Below are positions 22,681 to 34,881 of a stretch of DNA of 64,000 bases, one piece after another. This DNA comes from Carpediemonas membranifera BICM (taxonomy: Eukaryota; Protista; Fornicata): assembly GCA_019828565.1 (NCBI GenBank), contig JAHDYR010000032.1, positions 62,001 to 126,000 on the forward strand, given 5' to 3'. The notes beneath the pieces are model-generated. The model saw only the letters and a list, made by a program, of their open reading frames with translations. It did not search any database and was not told the DNA's origin. Position 1 is the stretch's first letter, and every line of letters begins with the position of its first letter. A program made the position numbers and the translations under genes.

Positions 22681-23709
22681 CCACTACGAGCGATACACAG
22701 GCCAAGATTCTCAAGGAGTTCAGCGCAGTGTTCGAAGATCGCAACGAGCCAAGCAAGCTCGAGCCGTACGACTTGATCCTGAAGAGTGACAGGGTCGTGA
22801 ACGCGCGACCATACTACATCCCTCCGGCGAAGGTAGCCGTCGTCAAGGAGCACATTGACGCTCTCCTGGCGAAGAGATTTATCCGTGCCTGTCAATCGCC
22901 TTACGCTTCGCCCGCGATGACAGTACCCAAGAAAGGGGGTAAGTCCCGATTCGTAGTTGACTTCAGACAATTTAACGACATCACCGAACCTTTCAACTAC
23001 CCCATACCTCGTATTGACGAGGTTATCTCCCAGCTAGCGGGGAAGAAGGTCTTCGCAACCCTCGACCTCTCCGCCGGTTACCACCAAGTCGAGCTGACCG
23101 AGCGCTGCCGCCAGTACACCGCATTTACTACGGCTCTGGGGCAGTACGAGTACTGCCGGATGCCCTTTGGGCTACGCAATGCTGGAGCCCATTTCCAGCG
23201 GGCATGGCGGGATGGAGTCCGCCTTCCGGGGGCTGGTCGGCACAGCCTGTTATATATACATTGACGACATCATCATCTTCGGGGCAAGCGAAGAGTAATA
23301 TCTCCAGAATCTCCGCAAAGTCTCCTTCGCGCACGCGAGACAAAGTTACAGCTCAATAGGGAGAAATGCCAGTTTGGCCGTGCCGAGGTCGAGTTCCTAG
23401 GTTGGGTAATCTCCGAGGGGCAGAAACACATCGCCCCCGACCGGGTAGCCGACATTGCAGAGCTCCAGTTGCCCAAGAGCGTCCGTGGGATGCAGGGCTT
23501 AGTAGGCTTTCTGAACTATTTCAGAGATCACGTGGACCGTTTCGCCGAGATCGCCCTCCCCTTGACTGAGGCAATGGCCGGGCGCAGGCCTATCGGCCAG
23601 CCTGAACAGGACGCAGCGCTGAAGAAGATCAAGGATGCTCTCACATCGGCAGACGCACTCGCAATCTTCGACGCGACTAAGGAGTACACTATTATGACTG
23701 ATGCCTCAG

Positions 23710-25174
23710 GGAAGTGCTGTGGGATGGCATACTTGTGTTTGTCTTTGAACTGGCGGTAAGGATCGCTTGTATGAGGCAATACTGTCGGCTTCTGCTTGCC
23801 AGGGGCTCGACGGCCACCCTCTTTCGGGTCGGCGGGCTGGGATGCTACCGCGAACGCCCGCCACGGGACAATAACGCGCTCGTCGTGATCAACGTCGAGG
23901 TTCTCGAGGCGAGAAAGAAGATCGTCAATTGACTCGGCCGGGTCCTCGATGACGTCCTTGTAAAGAGCCTCCGCGTCCTTGCTATAGCCTTTGAGGAATA
24001 GAGACGCGAGTAAGCGCTCGGTCGAGTTGTAGGTTAGTGCGTCAACGTCTGGGACGCATGGGTCGTAAGCGTTGAGGATTCTACGAAGCTTGAAGACGGC
24101 TAGTCGATGCTCCGCGGCTGGGCCGAAGAATCTAAGGCTGGATGCCTTGTCACGTACCATCTTCAGTCTCGAACCCATGTCGAGGGTCGGCAGGAGCGTA
24201 TAGACGATGTAGGGGGTAATTGCCTTTGCCTCTGCGCGGAGGTAAGCGTAAACGTCAGGGAAATCAGACCGCTTTGGCCAGGCGGCCGGGTCGGGCTTCT
24301 CCTCCTCGGCGGGCTCTGTGACCTTGTCGGAGAAGTCTGGGATTACCAGGTCGGTGCCGTCAGGCACGGGGACAGTCGGAGTTGCGGCGGTGAAGAGGTC
24401 GGACCACCTGTTGGCCGCGGGGTCATTCAGGTACGAGATGGCGAATTTCCTGGCCTTCTCAGTGGCCTCCGGAATGGCGCGTTGTATCTCTGCCGAGATC
24501 GCCTCCTTTGTCAGGCTAGTGCAACATGCAAGGGACTACCCAGCCTTACCAGCTGGACCCTGACGGTGATGGTGCTAACGCCCCCAACGTAGTATCAGGC
24601 TCGCTCACGAAGGGAAGTCAACACGCTAAGGCGTTCCCGGGGACATGGGGTGGTGCAAACTGGTAATTCCCTGATTTACACAGGTGTACAGGATACGTTA
24701 AATTTCTTTCTTTCTTTGTCAGGCTAGTGAGGGCCGGGTCCTTGTAGTTGGACGAGACCCGTACGCACTCTGAGAACTGCGCGCGCTTGCAGGCCGCCTC
24801 AAAGGCAGCAGCGAAACTCTTGGCGATTGCTTCTGGGGTGGAATTGTGGGTTATGGCGTGTGGTGCCTCGCTCGAGCGAGCCTGCATTCGTGCTTCGGTG
24901 TCGGACATTATTGTAGTCTGAAGGCTCTCGAGCGTTGGAAATCTGGCTGTCGGACGCCAATCGCGCTTCAGCCTTGCGATGACGTCCGCCGTGAAGGTTT
25001 GTACGAATGATGTAGGATTTCTTTCGTGAACGATTGCTGTCGTATAATCAGCGAGCGCCTCGATTGCGCTCTCCGGGTCAGATATCTGGAATTGCTTCAT
25101 CTTCTCCGGTAATATCGATATTGTACCGTGTATGGTTTAATGAAAGCAACGAACTTCCGCAGTTTAGGGTCACA
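23710..25174 (-). mobile_element. E: 5' fragment of LTR element (putative 53-bp 5' LTR 25122-25174; gag-like ORF 25100->~23710)
   Basis: ORFs 24618-25100 and 23528-24367 join in frame after removing the 192-bp insert. TGT...ACA unit followed by palindrome AATATCGATATT, 10 bp before the ATG. No second LTR to confirm the boundary. Confidence 0.6.
24522..24713. mobile_element. 192-bp retroposed insert (SINE or truncated LINE end)
   Basis: 16-bp direct repeats CTTTGTCAGGCTAGTG at 24506-24521 and 24714-24729; (TTTC)n run at the right end. Confidence 0.7.
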
Positions 25175-26216
25175 CCCGGAGACAGTATGCACACGGGAGG
25201 TCTTCGGTAGTAGGCATGTTAGCGGTGAATAGCGCCTCCGTGGGCGCCGGGCTGTGTAGCTCTTGTGCGTCGGCGAGGGTTGCAGACTCTTCGCAGAAGG
25301 GGGCAGTGAATGCCGACATGGCCTTGCCCAGGCGTCCGTGCTTGGCGAAGAACTTCGCTCTGGCCACCTGTGAGCGCTTGTGTGAGGCCGCGTCGCGCCC
25401 CTGGCTGCGCGGAACGATCGCACGGCCATACTGCTCATATAAGCTCCGGTCGCCTTCCCACTCGGGGGCGGGGGCGGACGACAGGCCGACGATGGTGCGA
25501 AGGAGTTCCTGTTCCTTGCTTCGGACTTGTCTGGAATGTAGGAGGTTCGGCGGAGCCTTGATTCTTGGGGCCGGGCTGGGGGCTGGTGGCTCGGCGTCAG
25601 CGTCCGTGGGTCGCTGTTGAGGGCGTTTTTTGGCCACGCGCTCCTGGAGACGGGGCAGGTCTTCGCCCCTTACGTGCTTGTCGTGAAGGAAGGTCGAGTA
25701 GGCCTGGGTAGCCTCGACGTTGTACTCGTTTGCGAGGTGCTGGGCACCGTGCAGATGCCGCAGTGGCACGGTCTTGCCGTGTGTGCCGGTGTCTCGTAGT
25801 ATTCTCTGGCAATGGCGGCAATAGGCAATTGTGCCTCCATCGCTCTTCGAGTAAAGCCGGATGACGTGCTGCCAAAGCTTCTTCTTTGTCGTGAGCCGCT
25901 TGATAGTGGCTTCCACACCGTTGTTCAGAATGCGCGGTGGGAAGGAGACGTCGACATGCTCCACAATGTGGTGGCCAATCCAGTTGGACGACGGGTCGTC
26001 CTCGGGCTCGGCGGCGGCCTTGGAAGAGCCGTGTTGCAGAAGCAGTCCATCACGATATGGCGCATGTCTGATCTGGTGTCTGCCTTGCTCCGCTTGACTA
26101 TCTGGAGCGATTTGGCCTTGGCCCCACGCTTGTTCACCTGCTTTGTGGAGAACGTTTTGGCGATAATCGAGCGCTGTGACGGCCTCTGAGAGCACGCGAT
26201 GGACGCTATTGGTCAC
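25175..26216 (-). mobile_element. N-terminal fragment of a CRE/R2-like non-LTR retrotransposon ORF
   Basis: BED-like zinc finger LWQHV...CRHC...LRHLHGAQH and the pre-RT motif RAKFFAKHGRLGKAM...QELH typical of CRE-like ORFs; truncated by E. Confidence 0.5.
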
Positions 26217-26495
26217 AACTCTTTACCTTAAAATGCATTCATTAAAACAACTCAAGGTCAAGGCCGAGGAGTCATCAGGGTCATTTAGTAGTGCTGGGGA
26301 GATCCGGGCTGGACCGAGCCCGAGCCGGAGGAGACCTAGACAGTAACGGCCGAAGTCGGTGTGAATGGACTGAAGAAAGTCCGTGTGGAGAGAATTATTA
26401 CCACGCTGCTCAGCGTCTGACAGTTTGTCCACTAACCAGACGATGCCAGCCTTCAGTAGAGCAACGTCCGAGTAGAGAGACATGGAAGAGAGAAT

Positions 26496-26881
26496 GTATC
26501 CAGTTGGTCGCCCTGGATTACGACTCCTACCTCGTGGAGCGGATCGTCGACCACAAGCCCGGTCGTACGAAGACTAAGATTCACAGACCAGCCTATTCTG
26601 GCAACTCATATGAGGCGTTCGCCTGGCATCCCTGCCAAGGATGTCGCCAAAGGTGTACTGAAGGGTTGGCCCCCTGACGTCCCGGAGGCCGCTTGAGTTT
26701 TAGAGCGTTCGCTCATATTCTTGTCATGGCTCTGCGAGCCATGGGGAGGCAGTGTCGTGGGTCCTACCCACATGTTACACAGAAATAGATTTACACAGTC
26801 ATCAACAGTCAAACGACACCCATTGTGTCGACTCTTCTCTTTGTAAAACCTTTTACCTTTGTTTGGCCCAAGAGGACCACA
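26496..26881 (+). mobile_element. 3' remnant of a chromovirus: chromodomain start, PPT and 129-bp 3' LTR (26753-26881)
   Basis: LVALDYDSYLVERIVDH; PPT GGGGAGGCAG|TGT; hairpin at 26814-26830; ends ACCACA. Confidence 0.75.
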
Positions 26882-27430
26882 CTTCTGGCGAACTCGGAAG
26901 AGAGTCCAGAAGGGGACAAGTCTGTCCTTTAGCGATATTTATGCGTCAATAAGACGAATACTGATGCTGTTATTCATGTATAGCGTCGTTCGCGGCAAGC
27001 CGATCGACGAAGGATGAGAAAAACAAAAACGGCCACATACCACGGCATATCCGAATCCAAGGCCATTTGTGCATTTTAAGGATCGGATCAAAACAATCAA
27101 ACACAGTACGGACCATTGACGGCCCGTGAAGGGGCGGAGAGCCCTGGTAAGATGAACCCATGCGCGCATATCATGATTTCACACAGTGGTACCACAAATA
27201 TTCGATCAATAATTTTTGACCGTCAAGAGATAGTCAAGCCAGTAGGCACCGACCAATAGGTCACATCTTTGAGGTTAGACATTTGCCTGTTCCCCTGCCA
27301 AGGGAGCAGATCCGAAACCAGCGTGGGTTGGCCCCCTCGCCGGCAGAAGATTAACACTCATCAATATCATTGTCCCTTCGTCAAGTGATGTTTCAAGGAA
27401 GCATGGAGGGGCGGTGTAGTGGGTCTTACC
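26882..27430 (+). mobile_element. 3' non-coding region, PPT and 16-bp LTR stub of an A/C-related element
   Basis: Shares blocks with A 15490-15840 (AGACGAATACTGATG, GCCATTTGTGCATTTTAAGGATC, ACACAGTGGTACCAC); GGAGGGGCGG|TGTAGTGGGTCTTACC at 27415. Confidence 0.8.
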
Positions 27431-29212
27431 TTACCTTACCAGGCTTATTCGCTGTGGTAGAACACACCCTGTCCTGTCAAATAGTCTGAACTTCACTGCC
27501 GTAGCATCAGCTCGATATCCATCAAACCAGACGATCAAATCTATCGTTTGCTCTCTGGAATCATCAGCAACAACAGAGCCCATCAAAGCCTTTTTGTAAG
27601 CCTTAATATCGCGTTCAATCCGTGAATGATGCTGCAGGCAAAACTTAACAAGCGCGAGTGGGTCATAAGTCACAGATTTGACAACAATGCGCTCTTTTCT
27701 GGCACAGATGTCAACAGCTGAAAACTTCAAATCCGTACAGATCTCCTTTGCCCGACTGAGTGTCTCTGCGTTCTCGTGGCAGACGAGCACTCGACCAGCG
27801 CCATTTCCAAGCTTCTCGTGGTGATACACGTAGGCGCACTCAAGGTGCTGCAATCTCATGTGAGATCAGGCAGCCGGGCGCTGTCATCTTCATTGTCAGA
27901 AACTTTCACAGGTAAGTAGAACACATTCGTGACGGAAACTGCCTGTGAGAATCCGGCAGCACAGTTCATCTGCAGTGACTGTGTCGTAACACCATCATGA
28001 CCAGTCACATCCTTGTGCTCAGGCGTGAACGCCATCATATCATGGATGAGCGTGGGCGTGCGCTGTAACACACACTCCATTTCATCTCTTGAAACTATGC
28101 CATAACCCAAGCTATCAAGACTCTGGACAGCAGGTGGTGTATAGGCTTCAAGGGCCGTCCTCAACCCCATGTTATCTGCCAAGTCAAGGAACACCTTTCT
28201 GAGGCGAGAAAACTTGTTGATGGCAAGATCGACGGCCAAAATCGTTGACATCGCCTTGTACAGTGGGAGCGCTTCGTCCCTGATATCCCTTCGCGTCACA
28301 TGCACATGATTGTTTGGAGTTTTTGCCAATCCTCAATAACAATCGCCTTTCGAAGCTGCATTTCTACGCCCTTTGTCGCTCTAGCTGTACGCGACAAGAA
28401 CTGAATCAGACAACGCTTGCATTGTTCTTTGGAGTCACCAGTGAAAGCTCCTTGTCTGTTCTTCCGCAAGAATTCGTCGAGAGATCTGATGCGCGGAATG
28501 TACTAGAAAACATTGCAATTACAACGCAAAGCAGCGAAAAGCGGAGAAATCAACATCAAAATAACAACATCAACACTAAAAGAACAGTATGCCAGAGAAT
28601 TGTGGGCGTTGCTGCTCTCCCCCGGCTCTTCTCCCGGCTTCTCTCTCTCGGGCTCTTCTCTAAACGTTGGTTTGAGCGCGCCTCTAATCATATTTATCAC
28701 TGTCAGATGACTCTTTGTCGATACCAGTGCCTTCTTCATCATTCTCAGTGTGCTCGGACGCTTCAGGATTGGGACAAGATATCAAATCAGCTGTGCTCAC
28801 GAACTTGTCGTTAAACAGTCTTTGACCAAGCTGAATTCGATTGAAGCATGTGACACATACAGCAACACGCTGAGATGGGCGACGTAGCATGTCAATTCCG
28901 GTATCAAAGGCCGTCTGGGCTATGTGCTCTCGGCAGAATCAATTGTTGCAGTAGTAACAGCAATGTGACACTGATCTGTCAGCCGTTAAATCCTCAGTAC
29001 AATCGTGATCAGGCGTGCGATAAAAGCATTCCCCGTTCTGATTGACAGCTGCACAGTTGTCGCACATACTCATGTTGTTTGAACGCTTCCCGTCTGAAAG
29101 GTAGCCACTCTGTATGGCAAAACATCCTGCTTCACAAGTATAATGGTAGTAGCGGTGGCATTGGTCGCACTGCAAAACATTTGGCTCGTCTTCTATTTTG
29201 AAGATCATGTTA

Positions 29213-30645
29213 TTGCAGTTTTGATCTAAAAGTGTCCAGAGGTTTGATTGGGAGAAGAACTTTTTGATGGGAAGCTGATGTCGAGAACTGTAACATGCAG
29301 TAGGTGCCGTGTTACCGGTCATAACGCCAATTGATGCCCATTCAAAAACGTATTGGAGGTGAACAGCGATCAAGCAGCCGTTGACGCGGTGTTAACGCCC
29401 CGGATGAAGGAGTTGGTACGAGACAATGAGCTCTCGCGCTCGCTGCCTGGAAAACTCATCGCGGCATGGGCATATGAAATCGACAATGCAACTGCAACCG
29501 TCGCTACGCCACCAGCCGGTCTTATGACCCCTCACACGACACCGTCATCCAGCGACTACGTCCCCCGCCGTAGAGAGGCTCAAAAGCCGACCTTCATAAG
29601 CATTCCCGTCCGCCCAGAAGTGTACTCCCGCGTTATCGCATTCGTTGCTAGCCTTGAGGAAGCTCCGCCGCCTTCTGATGTTTCCGTGGCCGAAAGCCAA
29701 GCGCTACTTGAATAAACAGCATTTACAAAGCATAGCCATGCTTGGCGTAGAGTCCGAGGATGTCAGAGTCCTTGACCAGGTCGAAGGCATGGAGGATACT
29801 GGGCAAACGGCCATCTTCCTTAAAATGCGTGGCGACATAGGCCTTGACTTGGCCGAATACTACCTCTATGGGGTTCAAGAAGGGAGAGTATGGAGGAAGG
29901 AAGACAATACGAACATCATAAATGCGGGAATCTGTGGTAGCAAAGCAATCATGAACTGCCAGAAGAGGTCAGCGTTGTAAGTGCCGCTTGTAATGTGCCT
30001 GTGAACTATCCCCGAAGTCGTGAGGGCTGCTACGACCGAGTATCGCTTACCCAGGGCAGCACCTGAGCGACGCGCGATGGTTCTCTGACCCCGCGGGCCA
30101 CGGACTCTCTTCACGAGGGTCGAATGACGTCTCATCAATGAAGCAAAGCTTGTCCAGCCCATAGTGTGGGATCGCCTCGGTAACCATAAATGAGCGGAAG
30201 CGGAGCGCCTTTTCTGGGTCATACTCCATCCACCGAGTCTCTCCGACGGTGAGGACAAGGCCCTCCTCGTGGTTAAGGACGTGGCTGAGGTATCCTGTGC
30301 TGAGGCTAACCTGGAACTTTTCGAAAATTTCTTGTTGAATATCCTTCAACTGAGCTGCTTCGTTTGATCTAACGTAGTCAACAAGGTAGTTGCGCATGTT
30401 TCTCGTTAGCTTGCGCGGTTCCACCACTCTTTTGCCCTCAGGCGCCCCGTTGCTCGCTTGAATTCTACGAAGAAAATCTAGAATGCCCATAGAGAGAGCA
30501 TAGAACGCTCTTCGGTACACCTTCGGCCATCAGACATCTCAGTTCGTTGAGTCTTTCAAGCGTGATCGTCATTTCGAGTGGCAATTTGTGTCCACAACTT
30601 TGATGGGACAATGATTAGGTGGACACTTTTAGATCAAAACTGCAA
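29213..30645 (-). mobile_element. T2: Tc1/IS630-like transposon (internally deleted transposase ~30570->29730) with partner gene
   Basis: 26-bp TIRs TTGCAGTTTTGATCTAAAAGTGTCCA (29213-29238 / 30620-30645), TA duplication. FIDETSFDP and LPPYSPFLNPIE present; second-D region missing. Confidence 0.92.
29278..29715 (+). pseudogene. T2 partner gene: zinc-knuckle protein (one internal TGA)
   Basis: MSRTVTCSRCRVTGHNAN*CPF...LIAAWAYEI...FISIPV. Confidence 0.7.
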
Positions 30646-31327
30646 TATATGGGTTAAGAAATGTCGGGCAGCACATTCTCTGTGAGTTGTGGATCTGATT
30701 ATAGGTAAACTGGTCAAGTACACTTCGTTTGTCCATCGCATTAGGCACAAGAACATTCGCCTCGGCGACACACAAAGTAAACCGCTCAGATATGCGGTCA
30801 ATATGAAGATGCATTTGTGCAGCCCGATTGGCAGCTTGCTCATCTCGGACAGTGTCAACACTACTCACTTTGTGGTGCAGAGCGCATATTGATCCTGGAG
30901 ACTGACCGCCTGTCCTGCTTTTTCGAGTAGTTTTGGAAAGAGAGATGGCGAACGACAGCCGGTGGCTCCCAGGTAATTACATGTTCACCAGGATGTAAAG
31001 CGCGCAAGGCCAGCTGCAACCGGTCGATGTTAATGTCGCAATCTCTCTTCAAGAACAATCATCGAACCTTTCCCATTGTGTTGCACATGATCTGGCTGGT
31101 TGAGCAGCTGAATGTTGATGTAATGGCAGGCTTGATGTACATCGCCATGAATCTCTTCTTCTTGAACAATTCTTGTAGATGTTCGGGAAGAATAGCCCAA
31201 ATGACCTCAGATGCAGCAAATTCCATACATTCGATGCTTTCTGGAGTAAAATAGAAGCAAGCTGCCATGATCGCTGCAACAATCTTCCGCAGAAGGTCTC
31301 TGTCACGTGTATTATCAGCCATCGTAC

Positions 31328-33165
31328 TGTCACACCATTTTGAACTCATCAAATATTGAGCGTACAATATCACGTAAAGGGGGCGTTTTTGGAGGAAATG
31401 AAGCACAAGACCGTTGCTTTAGCACTAGTTTGATATTGAAGGTTCACTTTCAAGACTTTTGCCATAAGGCATCCACGTCCGCAGTTTATGTAAATGTTCC
31501 AATCTCTTCGCCCCGGCACAGTGATCACTTTCCGAAATGAATAATTGGATTCCGCCATCACTATCGGACTTCTCTAGAGAGTCCGTCCGCGCGTTCAAAC
31601 GCGCCCTCACGTTCGCGCAGAAGCATGCTCCTACCACAACCGTCATAACGGCTTACGAGTGCCTCACCGAGGATCAATTCAGTCATGTTCGATTTGTCCG
31701 CAACGTCGACGTCGAAGCACTCAACGACGCAGAACTTCTCGCCGAAATCACCGCTCTTTCTTTCCCGAGAACCCTTGAGAAAACCATCCAAGAAATCCGG
31801 GCCCTCACGCAGGACAGAACCAAGTCCAGGATCGAGGCCGTATCTCGTCTCATGGCTGAGACCGAGGAGCTGCGCTCCCACGCCCATGCCCTCCTCAACG
31901 CCGAGCTCGGCGCCAAGCCCGAGCCCGAGCCCGCCGAGGTGGATGAAGACGAGGCCGCCCTCAGCAAGGTCATCACCCAGAAGCTAGACAGCACGCCGAG
32001 TGCAGAGCAGGACACCCCGAGAAAAGCCAGCCCCACCCGCGGACTCGATAAGATCATCGCCAAAGCTTTTATCACCGCCCTTCGCCCGGTCTCACTTGCC
32101 AACCGTATTCAGCAACAGTGGGACCTCTCTGGCGCACGGGACATCGATAGCTTATTCGTGCACACGCGTGAGCTCATACTGCACGCCATTGACGCCCGCG
32201 AAGTCCTCGGAAGCGTGATTCAAGACATATCCATCACATCCTCCAGCACGAGCTCCAGCACTGGCCCGAAGCATAGCCAGAACGCCAACACCAGATCCCG
32301 CCGCGAGCGTCGGCGCCCTCCTCCATACGCGTGCTTGTGTGGAGGCATGCACTGGAAGGCTGATTGTCCGCACCGCGGCAGCACGCCCGGACAGCCCCAG
32401 GCTACCAAAGGCCACCCCGCTGTGGCCCGCGACGCCAGACCGGCACTTCAGCCGCAACGCCAGCCCCAAGCGGCCAACAAACCGGCTCAGCCACAGCCGG
32501 CACCAGCTGCCCAGAAGCAGCAGCAACAGTCATCCCAACAGCCACAGCCTCGCCCCGACGAGAGACGCGCTGGGAACATGGTGCTCCGGGACAGATCCAA
32601 GCTGATCAACTCTCGTCCAGGAGTCCACGAAGTCGAAGTCGCACACAATGCTTCTGACGATGCCTTTATCGAAGAAGTTGCCGCTTCAACTGCATTCTCA
32701 GTTAAGGGAGCTGTGAATGACCAAGAACAGGTGATATTGATCGATAGCGGCTCCGCAATCACGATCATCTCCACAACCTCCGTTAAGACGCTCAAACTCG
32801 TCACGCATGAGCTTGAAAAGCCATTTACTGTTCAGTCCGTTACCAATGAGCCTATCCTCATCACTCACTACGTCCAAGCGCGGATCACGTTGCCCAGCAC
32901 ATCTGGCAACGTCATCGTCGATCTCATCCTCTACGTCATGACGCGCGCCACCGAACGTGTGCTCATTGGATGCTACGTGCTTCGCGTGCTCGGTTATCTC
33001 TCCGAGAGTGGCCTCCACATCCCACTTCTTCCGGATTCACGCCCGGAGGACGCCACCGATGGCCTCCCACTCCACAAGTACCTCGACTCCCCCGTCGAGG
33101 CCGTCTCCTCAAGCGAGTTTCACACCGAGGCGTGTGAGATACACGAGCTCTCCACCAAGGCCCAG
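31328..33165 (+). mobile_element. K: 5' fragment of gypsy element (LTR ending 31520, start uncertain; gag-protease 31537-33165), cut by F
   Basis: ...GGCACA followed by palindrome AGTGATCACT; knuckle CLCGGMHWKADC; protease LIDSGSA. Confidence 0.8.
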
Positions 33166-34329
33166 TGTGGCGCTATACGCGCCCTATTTATATAATTGTG
33201 TTTTAGTCAAGCTTAGTCGTGACGACACCCAAGTGTCGAATTAAAATCACTTCTCCCAGCCTTTTTGGTTCCACAGTAATTACTGCTAGCATGAACCAGC
33301 TTCAATCAATTGACCTTTTCCTTGCCCCATTCCTCACCAAAACCACCCAACGCGAGTGGGAGGAATTCCGCGAGGCCTACTATGCCTATCGCGCCAAGGG
33401 TGGAACGATCGCCATCAAGCACTTGATCGCTCGTACCGTGTGGCAGATCTTCGTCCTACGGGATCCTACCCTCGAGGCCGCACCGGCCAATCTTCCAGCC
33501 CTCGAGGCCCCAGCGGACGCTGACGACGACGACGAGGACTACGAAGACGATGATGACGACGATGACGACGATGATCAGGAACTCGAAGTGGCTGAACAGC
33601 CGCTATTCCCCGACGACCAAGAGTCCTCTCACATCCTCAAGAGGATTAACGCCATGTTCCAGCCGCTAGATCGTCGTGAAGCCCTGGATCGCTTCGAGCG
33701 TATCACTTGCCAGTCCAGAGGCTCCCTCCATGACAACGTCCTCCGGTACGTGCACGCTTACCAGACCCAGCTTGAAAACTGTGGCGAAGTGCGCCCCTCA
33801 AACAAGCAACTCGTGCGCTGCTTCGTGCAGAATATCCAGCCCGAGCGCTTGCGCGACCGCGTGACCACGTACCAGGACCGCCGCAACCTCGACGTCACCT
33901 TCAGGGCTGCCATCGAACAAGCCCGTCACGTGGAGCAAGTCACTCGCGAGGGTGACCGCTTGCGTGCCGCCGAGCGGCCCAGCAAGGGCCAGGCCCGCTC
34001 CGATGTCGTCACCTGCTCGTTCTGTGGCAAGAGCGGTCACACTGCTGACCGCTGCTTCGCCAAGAAGGACAAGGTTAAGTCCCGTAATAAACGGGCCACC
34101 TATTTTGAGCTGTTAACCATCAACCCTTCGGATTCGGGAGAACCGGTGCCTCAGGCCGTTTTCGAGGTATCAATCCCAGGGGTCCAAGTGTGGCGACAAC
34201 AGTATTTACACATAACCTGCGAAGCAGGGGTGAGTGTGCCCGTAGTTATAAATATTGTTGCCCCAGAATAAAATGACCACATCATCTCCAGCAGTTTAAA
34301 GACATTCCAGAACTGTGAACAAGAGGCTG

Positions 34330-34808
34330 ATGCCGTGTTCGCTGTGCAGCCGCCCTGGCCACAACAGGACTAGTTGTCCGTATAGGGCTCTAATCAACCG
34401 TGAGGATGGCAGAACAATCCTCTCGGTCATGATGGAGCTCATTGAAGGCAACGATCTTGCCAAAGAGCTGTCCACTGACCGGGTTGCTTCATGGGCAGTC
34501 AAAATCCTCCAAGGTAACTTCACAAACTTTTTAACACTTAGATAGGAACTGCTGTGCTCACAGAGCCGCCAATTGGCCTCTGTACTCCAGCGACGCCACG
34601 TTACTCGTCGTCCGGTCACCAGTCAAGCTCGCAAATCAGCGTGGACTCTTCTACGACCGGCAGTCATGCCCAGTACCTGTCAATTCCCGTTCCAGTTGAT
34701 CGCCTTCCTGCAATCTACTCTCTTCTCGCCGAGGCCTTCCGCCCGCCGGACACCGCGGATCATTCTCAGCCTTCAGAAGGGCTCGACGACAGCATGTTTG
34801 CCAATTAA
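34330..34808 (+). CDS. T3 partner gene: zinc-knuckle protein with predicted 32-nt intron 34514-34545
   Basis: MPCSLCSRPGHNRTSCP. Splicing GTAACT...GATAG gives WAVKILQGTAVLTEPPIGLCTP, which aligns without gaps to T2 WAYEIDNATATVATPPAGLMTP. Confidence 0.75.
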
Positions 34809-34881
34809 ATGTTATCCTATGTTTCAATGAGCTTTAGTTCGCCATAGCTGAACCCGTTGCTAGCTGACACAAAATGCACAT

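Larger units (their letters stand above)
16636..23709 (+). mobile_element. C: fragmented gypsy element (5' LTR 16636-16759; gag 16780-16967 + 21903-22070; pol 22545-23709), host of B and two LTR-type inserts
   Basis: Gag reads through (DDPPVALIKTK) once B is removed. RT/RH motifs LDLSAGYHQ, MPFGLRNAG, YIDD, TDAS are close to element A. Confidence 0.8.
27431..31320 (-). pseudogene. degenerate gene with PHD finger and FYVE-like finger, split by T2
   Basis: Removing T2 restores CCPTFLNPYNMIF...CDQCHRYYHYTC...CDNC (PHD), followed by HCCYYCNN*FCREH...RVAVCVTCF. Several stops and frameshifts; lower GC than the surroundings. Confidence 0.5.

Noticed and set aside
28939-29340. TGA recoding suggested by several in-frame TGA stops in TE ORFs
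   Set aside because: Host genes (Rpn8, RING protein) end in TGA and have no internal TGA; point mutations such as CGA>TGA explain them.
9766-33238. CRISPR-like interpretation of the recurring short hairpin repeats
   Set aside because: Not tandem with spacers; each copy lies inside an LTR; eukaryotic context with no cas genes.
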